From: a virus
DNA length: 64,000 bases
Virus record (IMG/VR): IMGVR_UViG_3300007513_001761
Span: 32,001 to 96,000 of that record
Reading direction: 5' to 3' (one strand)
Numbering within the stretch: position 1 is the stretch's first letter; every line of letters starts with the position of its first letter. The translations under genes were made by a program, and so were the position numbers. Positions 58,415-64,000 of this stretch are shown one piece after another. The notes beneath the pieces were generated by a model that was not told where the DNA came from, did not search any database, and worked only from the letters and a program-made list of their open reading frames with translations.

Positions 58415-58609
58415 TTATACTACTTTGTAATGACCATAATTAGTCCACATAATCCAAGCATCCTTTTTAATTTTCGGAAATCGAACATACATCATTTTAG
58501 TTTCTCGATTGACTTCCAACACAAAACCAAGCGAGCGCTTTTGTTTTGTCATATCTTTGACAAAGTCGCCTTTCTTGGCAATTTTAAAAGGGGCAGCAAA
58601 CGGATCCAT
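58415..58609 (-). CDS. Hypothetical SH3-like protein
   Basis: Start MDPFAAP; KKGDFV...GFVLEV. Confidence 0.6.
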   Translation of the reverse strand: MDPFAAPFKIAKKGDFVKDMTKQKRSLGFVLEVNRETKMMYVRFPKIKKDAWIMWTNYGHYKVV

Positions 58610-58610
58610 T

Positions 58611-58880
58611 CTATACCTTAATGCGATCAATAATATACGGATGATGGAACGACAAATCTTTGTACAACTTCTTGATGACCTTCTTGGCAATTTCGCCAAT
58701 GTCTTCTTTCGTCTTTTTAGAGTCCAAAGCTTTTGCTAGTTCGTCTTCTAAAGCTTTCTTTAGCTCCTTTTGGAAAGAATTGTCCAATTCCTTGGAAATC
58801 ATTTTTTTGATTTCGGCCTTATCGGTCTTGGTCAATTCTTCCACAATGAGTTGCTTGAGTCGTTGTTCAGTTAATCGCAT
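58611..58880 (-). CDS. Helical protein with MRLTEQRLKQLIVEEL leader
   Basis: Repeated IKKxIxxEL-type helices. Confidence 0.7.
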   Translation of the reverse strand: MRLTEQRLKQLIVEELTKTDKAEIKKMISKELDNSFQKELKKALEDELAKALDSKKTKEDIGEIAKKVIKKLYKDLSFHHPYIIDRIKV

Positions 58881-58924
58881 TCCATCACACCTTTAAACAG
58901 TATACCATAAATAGTTCGCAAAAG

Positions 58925-59176
58925 CTATTGGGAATCAGATTTTTTATCAGCAATTTTCTGAAGGATTAGATCGTACTTATCCGAGGGTAGATCAGAGAGG
59001 TAGTCAGCCACCACATTAGACGCCGCCTCTATGTACACAGTACCCTGGTCATCGCAATAAGGGCACGCAGCCCACCTACCGGGCTCCATCGCATTGTAAT
59101 AGCCTCCAGCGCTGAAATGGCCGCCCCCCGAACACATTGTACACTTAATTCGAACATACAGCTTATCTAAAGGCAT
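58925..59176 (-). CDS. DnaJ-like zinc finger protein
   Basis: CTMCSGGG...CPYCDDQG. Confidence 0.65.
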   Translation of the reverse strand: MPLDKLYVRIKCTMCSGGGHFSAGGYYNAMEPGRWAACPYCDDQGTVYIEAASNVVADYLSDLPSDKYDLILQKIADKKSDSQ

Positions 59177-59187
59177 ACTGTAAGTAA

Positions 59188-59487
59188 CTATGGCATTGGA
59201 TACCTTTTACGCACTACGCGGTGTGGAACAAGACGATTATCTAAATTGTATATGCGCACGTCTCCATCCGGCATACGCACCACTGTGCCCACCCACTCGC
59301 ATATAAAGATATTACGCGGGTCTGTAATGATTCTCGTGGCCGAACCATTGTTCGCGCAATGCGCGGGTGCGGAGGCGCCGGATTTACCACTGATTAGTGA
59401 CCAATAAATAGGTGCACGGCACATTGGGCACATAGGCACCAATTCGAACCGTTCGCCCGTTTCCTTCCTCACATACGCGCGCTTCAT
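59188..59487 (-). CDS. Hypothetical Cys-containing protein
   Basis: CPMC...C...C. Confidence 0.6.
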   Translation of the reverse strand: MKRAYVRKETGERFELVPMCPMCRAPIYWSLISGKSGASAPAHCANNGSATRIITDPRNIFICEWVGTVVRMPDGDVRIYNLDNRLVPHRVVRKRYPMP

Positions 59488-59496
59488 TCATACTAA

Positions 59497-59769
59497 CTAT
59501 GCGCGGTTCACCAATCTTAGGAACCTGGCGCTATTAATTCTCGCTTTTTCCTGGTATATGTTTGTATCCCTAAACCAATACACTAATATGTTAGGGGTAC
59601 CATTTTTATTTGTGCTCTCTCGCACTTCTAATACAATCCCATACGGCTGCGGGATCGTATACTTATTGATATCGTTGTCTTCTCCGAGTAACGGATCCCC
59701 TATACTATACGCTCTATACGTTCTCGTTACTAGGTCTCCGACCTTGAATTTCTTCTTCTTGATGCTCAT
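59497..59769 (-). CDS. Hypothetical SH3-like protein
   Basis: FKVGDLV...GIVLEV...VYWF...LRLV. Confidence 0.65.
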   Translation of the reverse strand: MSIKKKKFKVGDLVTRTYRAYSIGDPLLGEDNDINKYTIPQPYGIVLEVRESTNKNGTPNILVYWFRDTNIYQEKARINSARFLRLVNRA

Positions 59770-59884
59770 GTTTGTATAGGTATCTGTTCTCGACCTCTGT
59801 ATTAAGTAGTCTCTCGCACTCCGGACATCTCGCCGGCAATTCCCTCACTGTGCCTGTGCGGCAGTGTGCGCATGTGTAGCTCAT
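59714..59884 (-). CDS. Small zinc-ribbon protein (56 aa)
   Basis: Manual translation MSYTCAHC...RCPECERL; AAGGAGG SD. Confidence 0.6.
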   Translation of the reverse strand: MSYTCAHCRTGTVRELPARCPECERLLNTEVENRYLYKHEHQEEEIQGRRPSNENV

Positions 59885-59907
59885 GATACCCTCCTTAGTA
59901 TGTATCC

Positions 59908-59936
59908 ATCATACCACAAAATGCGGGGGTGTGCAA
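59908..59936 (-). promoter_or_regulatory. Sigma70-type promoter
   Basis: TTGCAC-17 nt-TATGAT with TG at -15/-14. Confidence 0.7.
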
Positions 59937-60025
59937 GTCCTAGTTTTCAGTTTTTTATAATCTGAAATTTTTAGGCGCGTATCGAGAACGGGCCATACCA
60001 CGGCATGGCACGGTGCGTCTATGCA

Positions 60026-60059
60026 GGGACATAGATCCCGGAGGGGAGGGGGAGGGGGG
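60026..60059 (+). other. G-tract cluster in a non-coding gap
   Basis: GGG...GGAGGGGAGGGGGAGGGGGG. Confidence 0.6.
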
Positions 60060-60139
60060 TACTACCGCATAGCTGACGTTGCAAGCGCATTACTAGCGAT
60101 GTTAAGTGAGTGTCAAGTGTTACGGTTGTAAAGTATATG

Positions 60140-60271
60140 TCATTTGTTACTGTATACGTTGTTATACAATACTCTTATATACACTAACGCAATGATAGTA
60201 CCCCAGAATGTAATGTTAGTTGGTAACTGTAATAGCTTTTTAATATATCTTTTTGTATTACTCTCGGACAT
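60140..60271 (-). CDS. Small membrane protein (43 aa)
   Basis: Manual translation MSESNTKRYIKK...; AGGA SD. Confidence 0.4.
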   Translation of the reverse strand: MSESNTKRYIKKLLQLPTNITFWGTIIALVYIRVLYNNVYSNK

Positions 60272-60393
60272 TTTCCTACTCTCCCTCAATGTATATAGTG
60301 TAACTCTCGCACACACGGCCCCATCGCAACGCTGTCACAAAAAAGCGCGAAAGAAAAAGGCGTGAGATTACAGCTACTTAGTTAACGTTCGCC

Positions 60394-60519
60394 TTAAGGG
60401 GAGACGATTAGTTCTGCTGTTGGTATGCCAATGGTGAACGACAGCACAGCCGTGGCCACTAAGACCGCACACAAGACCAACGCACCAACGCCGTCTACGA
60501 TTGTATCGGTATCACGCAT
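60394..60519 (-). CDS. Small membrane protein (41 aa)
   Basis: Manual translation MRDTDTIVDGVGALVLC...; AAGGAG SD. Confidence 0.5.
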   Translation of the reverse strand: MRDTDTIVDGVGALVLCAVLVATAVLSFTIGIPTAELIVSP

Positions 60520-60723
60520 AGTGATTCTCCTTTATAGTATATGTTTTGATAGGGTGAAAGCTCATACGGTAGCGTATACATAGTTATACGGACAGTAAAA
60601 GACTTGACAAAAGATTGCGCTTGACATGCGGTGGGTATATGTATATGGCCCCCTCGCACAACTCCCACAATACTATTACAAATATAATCACATAACAAAC
60701 GCAATCCCTTTATGTACTTCGGG

Positions 60724-60879
60724 CTATTCATTACCTATATCCACTTTGTTTAATGTTGTGTTAAATGCTACTCTCACACAAAAGCCTCTACCTGTCCATT
60801 CTCTGAATGCATTAATAGCATCATCTATAGCTGTGAATGTATTGAACAGTGTACCGTTAATGAATAGCTGATGTACCAT
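60724..60879 (-). CDS. Small hypothetical protein (51 aa)
   Basis: Manual translation MVHQLFINGTLF...; GAGG SD. Confidence 0.45.
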   Translation of the reverse strand: MVHQLFINGTLFNTFTAIDDAINAFREWTGRGFCVRVAFNTTLNKVDIGNE

Positions 60880-60887
60880 ATATATTT

Positions 60888-61160
60888 TTATACCTCTCGG
60901 AACTTTGTCTTGTTACCATGACGCCACAACTTTACAATCTCGCCGTGCGGAGTTAAAACTTTATAGCGGTGTTCTCCGTCTTCGCCCATACACAAGAACA
61001 CATCGCCATCGGTGTAAATGTGTACGTTGGATCGTATTGAGTTATCAGTAGATGTATTCGCTAGCGCGCCGTACATGGTTCGCATCCACTTCTCGTGTTT
61101 GTTCTTTTGTAACCCTTGCAACATATACAAGTTGCCAAGTTTCATCTGTAGTCTATTCAT
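60888..61160 (-). CDS. Hypothetical protein
   Basis: Start MNRLQMKLGNLY with ATGA overlap. Confidence 0.55.
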   Translation of the reverse strand: MNRLQMKLGNLYMLQGLQKNKHEKWMRTMYGALANTSTDNSIRSNVHIYTDGDVFLCMGEDGEHRYKVLTPHGEIVKLWRHGNKTKFREV

Positions 61161-61258
61161 AACGTTGCCTTTATTAAGTTGCCTGCGAATGTTACAATCT
61201 CTACTCTGTACTCCCAAAGTACGATTGTAATCGCGGCTGTGATTAGTCTGTCTACCAT
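61157..61258 (-). CDS. Small membrane protein (33 aa)
   Basis: MVDRLITAAITIVLWEYR...; GGGAG SD. Confidence 0.4.
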   Translation of the reverse strand: MVDRLITAAITIVLWEYRVEIVTFAGNLIKATL

Positions 61259-61259
61259 T

Positions 61260-61472
61260 TTATTCTCCCTTTTGTACTCTCATATGTTTTAGTAATGACT
61301 TGTCGAACAGTCGAGGTTGACTGTCACCAACTAACAATACTTTGTGATTCTCTATTACAACTCCATCGGTGCGGTTGATCCGATTGATGCCCAGATAGAT
61401 ACCTGTGCGTCGGTTAATGTCTCGGCAATGGCCATTGATGTAATCAAGTTTGAATAGTTCACCGGGTTTCAT
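61260..61472 (-). CDS. SH3/KOW-like micro-protein
   Basis: MKPGELF. Confidence 0.7.
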   Translation of the reverse strand: MKPGELFKLDYINGHCRDINRRTGIYLGINRINRTDGVVIENHKVLLVGDSQPRLFDKSLLKHMRVQKGE

Positions 61473-61656
61473 TAATCACCTCTAAATCTCTATCCAAAAC
61501 GCGGCGAGGGGCGCGGTTGCCGATGAAGTGAACCTCAAGCAAAGTGTGCGCACCCTGGATGTGCGTCTGATCAAACTTACGCAAGATAAGGCCAACAGAA
61601 CCAGCAGGTAAAAGGATTGAACTGCGCGTTATTCTCACTAAATCACCGGGCTGCAT
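61459..61656 (-). CDS. SH3/KOW-like micro-protein
   Basis: MQPGDLV...LEVINETR*; start reassigned to 61656. Confidence 0.7.
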   Translation of the reverse strand: MQPGDLVRITRSSILLPAGSVGLILRKFDQTHIQGAHTLLEVHFIGNRAPRRVLDRDLEVINETR

Positions 61657-61840
61657 TGATAACCTCCAACCACTTAATAGGTTCCCATGATATCTCTTGA
61701 TCTTGAATCCAATAAACTTTAACGCGCGGTCGTGTACTCGGATCAACACGCAGCGCACCATTAGCGGTAGTCTGTAAAACAACACCGAGAGGCACGATCT
61801 TTTCATCACAAGGAAACTTTACCAGATCACCGACTTTCAT
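61643..61840 (-). CDS. SH3/KOW-like micro-protein
   Basis: MKVGDLV...LEVINAAR*. Confidence 0.75.
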   Translation of the reverse strand: MKVGDLVKFPCDEKIVPLGVVLQTTANGALRVDPSTRPRVKVYWIQDQEISWEPIKWLEVINAAR

Positions 61841-62039
61841 TTTTTACCACCTCGATGTCGTCAACGTTTGCAATCTGAACGCAACCGTTACCCCACGCAA
61901 CGAGCCAGTGGTGTACGCCCTCAAGCAGATATAGCCCCATGTCCGCGTCTGCTGGGCGAACAAGCACACCAAGTGTACCACCATAAAGGGTCCACAGCGG
62001 ATCGGTCTCAATCTCTCTAACCAGATCACCGACTTTCAT
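61827..62039 (-). CDS. SH3/KOW-like micro-protein
   Basis: MKVGDLV...IEVVKNESR*. Confidence 0.75.
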   Translation of the reverse strand: MKVGDLVREIETDPLWTLYGGTLGVLVRPADADMGLYLLEGVHHWLVAWGNGCVQIANVDDIEVVKNESR

Positions 62040-62217
62040 TTAGAACCTCCACATCGCACAGAGCAGCCGAACACCAGCGCCCATCGGAAAGCTGCACATC
62101 GATGATTGTGTTTGACTCTTCTTCTGCGTCAATCACCATTGCAATGCCGATCACATACTGACCGCCATGGCGTGCGTTGGCGCGCCGATAGACGCGAACC
62201 AGATCACCGACTTTCAT
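62026..62217 (-). CDS. SH3/KOW-like micro-protein
   Basis: MKVGDLV...VEVLNESR*. Confidence 0.75.
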   Translation of the reverse strand: MKVGDLVRVYRRANARHGGQYVIGIAMVIDAEEESNTIIDVQLSDGRWCSAALCDVEVLNESR

Positions 62218-62518
62218 TTTTTACCCCCTCGATGTGACGGCAACGACGCCGAAACTGATAGCCGGGACACGAGCAACGCCATGCGCCGCCGAACTCTTCC
62301 ACCCGGTACGTCGCACCCTTGGAGCCTGTCACGGTCCACCGCTGCATCTGCGTGGCCGTCTCGCTCGGAGCGTTCCACGTCATGTACTTGGGAAGGTCTG
62401 CGCGAGTTGTGCCATCGGGCACAGGGATCCACGTCCCACCGCTGATCGCGTACAACTGCCCGTCCAGCATGCGGGACAGGATCGGGTTCCATGGAACGGT
62501 GACGGGTTTATCGGTCAT
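62204..62518 (-). CDS. SWIM zinc-finger protein
   Basis: GSKGATYRV...CSCPGYQFRRRCRHI; start MTDKPV. Confidence 0.75.
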   Translation of the reverse strand: MTDKPVTVPWNPILSRMLDGQLYAISGGTWIPVPDGTTRADLPKYMTWNAPSETATQMQRWTVTGSKGATYRVEEFGGAWRCSCPGYQFRRRCRHIEGVKNESR

Positions 62519-62744
62519 TGATAGCCTCAAAATAATGTACGTTAAAGGTTTCTTTTCGGCTACCTGCCAAGAAGGTGGCCATCGGGTTGCCAGACAAACA
62601 GGTAGAAAGGCTCACCAGTACGCCGACCGTGCCGTGCAAGGCTGTGAAGGAGCCGCTCCCAGACCGGGATCCGCTGCTGATGTCTTTGAAGCGAACGAGA
62701 TCGCCCACTTTCAGTCCGGTATCGTTTTCAAAATATGGGTTCAT
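62508..62744 (-). CDS. SH3/KOW-like micro-protein
   Basis: MNPYFENDTGLKVGDLVRF...FEAINDR*; ATGA overlap. Confidence 0.65.
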   Translation of the reverse strand: MNPYFENDTGLKVGDLVRFKDISSGSRSGSGSFTALHGTVGVLVSLSTCLSGNPMATFLAGSRKETFNVHYFEAINDR

Positions 62745-62950
62745 GCTTGGGCAACCTCGGAGATTTCGGCAGCAAAGAGCAACGCATTCACGCGCTGCAT
62801 GTTTGTTTGCACTGCATCGTTGGGCGGTGTGGCCAAGTCGGCATAGATGGCAAGCTGGAGCACCAGCACGTTGCACGCAGCAGCTTGCTGCTCCATGGGC
62901 GTGAGTGCCTTTGGGGCGTTGCTGGCGGAAAGGGTCAGGTCGCTGAACAT
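62741..62950 (-). CDS. Small helical hypothetical protein
   Basis: Start MFSDLT with GAGGA SD. Confidence 0.6.
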   Translation of the reverse strand: MFSDLTLSASNAPKALTPMEQQAAACNVLVLQLAIYADLATPPNDAVQTNMQRVNALLFAAEISEVAQA

Positions 62951-63043
62951 GTAAATCCTCGGGGGGTGCGGGCAAATCTCTAACTTATGATCTATTATCT
63001 CATATGCGAGCGAGAAAAGCAAGCCGATCCTGTCAAGAGAATG

Positions 63044-63268
63044 TCAAGTCACAGCCTCCAACCACATCGGGTGAAAACACAGGATCTTCGCGCCAAACTG
63101 GACATGGTACAGATCCCTGTTTTTATGCCGTCTCTCTGATCTGACGACTTCCACAACCAGACCGGTCCTGCTCTCTGGGAGCATCGGATCGTGGGTGCCG
63201 TCAATCACCCGAACCAGATCGCCAACGGCGAAAGGTTTATTCGTCTTCGTCGGTGTAGTAGCCATCAA
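63044..63268 (-). CDS. SH3/KOW-like micro-protein
   Basis: FAVGDLVRV...GLVVEV...LEAV. Confidence 0.65.
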   Translation of the reverse strand: MMATTPTKTNKPFAVGDLVRVIDGTHDPMLPESRTGLVVEVVRSERRHKNRDLYHVQFGAKILCFHPMWLEAVT

Positions 63269-63446
63269 GGTTTGTTTGGGAAGAGGACAAGGGCATTCGA
63301 TAAACCATCTCGTCCTGAATGAAATAGGCGTGCTGCTCCATATCGGGCAAATAAGCTAGGATATGGTCAAGTAGTTCTTTGAGTTTCTCAATCTCTTCTT
63401 CGTTGCGCATGCGCCGGTAGTCGTCAAGGTTTATTAGCTCGCCCAT
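63237..63446 (-). CDS. Hypothetical protein
   Basis: Start MGELINLDDYR with TGATG overlap. Confidence 0.6.
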   Translation of the reverse strand: MGELINLDDYRRMRNEEEIEKLKELLDHILAYLPDMEQHAYFIQDEMVYRMPLSSSQTNLDGYYTDEDE

Positions 63447-63751
63447 CAGAAAGGCACCTCTAAATAGGGGTCTTGCGTGAAGGGTGTCGCCTCGAAGATA
63501 ATCGGCAACATGACGAGAGTAACCCCGGAACGCATGGCCAAGCCGACGTGACAACTTGTGGTCTGAGACTTGAAGGCGTTGCCGCCTGCCATGTACTCGG
63601 CCACAATGGTGCCGCCCATGCTTGTACGATGTCCGATCTTGAGATGGTAGGAATAAAGGTTTGTTCCGTCTGTGCTCATGGTGCAACGTCCATTGCGTGC
63701 GCGCTCTCCGCGCTTCCATGCTTCAATAACTCCTTGATTGGTGGTTCTCAT
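63446..63751 (-). CDS. Hypothetical phage protein
   Basis: TDGTNLYSY...SQTTSCHV; AAGGAG SD. Confidence 0.7.
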   Translation of the reverse strand: MRTTNQGVIEAWKRGERARNGRCTMSTDGTNLYSYHLKIGHRTSMGGTIVAEYMAGGNAFKSQTTSCHVGLAMRSGVTLVMLPIIFEATPFTQDPYLEVPF

Positions 63752-63763
63752 GGTTGTAACTCC

Positions 63764-64000
63764 TTAATCGACCGCAATGACGCGCTCGTTGGTTTCAAAG
63801 TAGGGACGATCCGCATATGCCTTCGTCGTCATCCACATACGCTGGCATGCGCTGGGAATGGGCTTAGGAGCACACATATCGGTGAGGATGATGTGACCGT
63901 CAAAGTTGTTTTCGTTGACGTACTTGGTGGGTGCATCAAAACACGTCCCACCGCAAAGCACTCGTTCCCATGCGCGGGTCTGTCCACGCTTCCAAGTATA
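63764..64000 (-). CDS. vWA-like domain protein (DUF2201-type C-terminus), 5' part outside window
   Basis: Frame open to 64000; GGTCF...IILTD motif. Confidence 0.7.
   Translation of the reverse strand, partial: YTWKRGQTRAWERVLCGGTCFDAPTKYVNENNFDGHIILTDMCAPKPIPSACQRMWMTTKAYADRPYFETNERVIAVD

Larger units (their letters stand above)
61821..62219 (-). repeat. Three exact 22-bp junction repeats (61821-61842, 62020-62041, 62198-62219)
   Basis: AAATGAAAGTCGGTGATCTGGT reads NESR* in one frame and MKVGDLV in another. Confidence 0.9.

Noticed and set aside
61821-62219. 22-bp repeats as a CRISPR array
   Set aside because: Intervening sequences are 156-177 bp and protein-coding; no palindromic repeat and no cas operon.
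32-62983. Plus-strand ORFs in the track (e.g. 41547-42401, 47760-48314, 19040-19558)
   Set aside because: Nearly all are antisense shadows of well-supported minus-strand genes, are Ser-rich, and lack recognisable motifs.

Overview
This looks like a segment of a large (jumbo/huge) tailed-phage genome with a standard genetic code and essentially every real gene on the minus strand. Host is probably a diderm; the lipoproteins look myxobacterial or deltaproteobacterial (inference). From left to right: (1) 1-8.4 kb, a virion/baseplate block with a >1079-aa ORF running off the left edge, a gp5-like spike candidate, and three tandem paralogs that share a ~190-aa N-terminal domain but carry different enzymes (Tyr/dual-specificity phosphatase, lysozyme-like transglycosylase, M23 peptidase). 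(2) A phage sigma factor. (3) A ~21-kb glycan biosynthesis cluster (split HldE-like pair, ColD/ColC-like, RmlC, Ugd, split ThDP enzyme, B12 radical SAM, sulfotransferase, methyltransferases, about 7 glycosyltransferase genes). (4) Nuclease, PhoH, two tRNAs, tmRNA, a eukaryote-type PMM and lipoproteins. (5) 40.7-53.7 kb, putative head-packaged proteins with a shared MKLLLENWRxYL-type leader, three copies of which are near-identical 35-bp DNA repeats. (6) Small genes, a G-tract non-coding gap near 60 kb, and an array of MKVGDLV micro-genes joined by a dual-coding 22-bp repeat. Host sigma70 promoters and a recurrent (C)TAnTTA candidate phage promoter are both visible. All functional calls come from motif recognition by eye; no database search was run.
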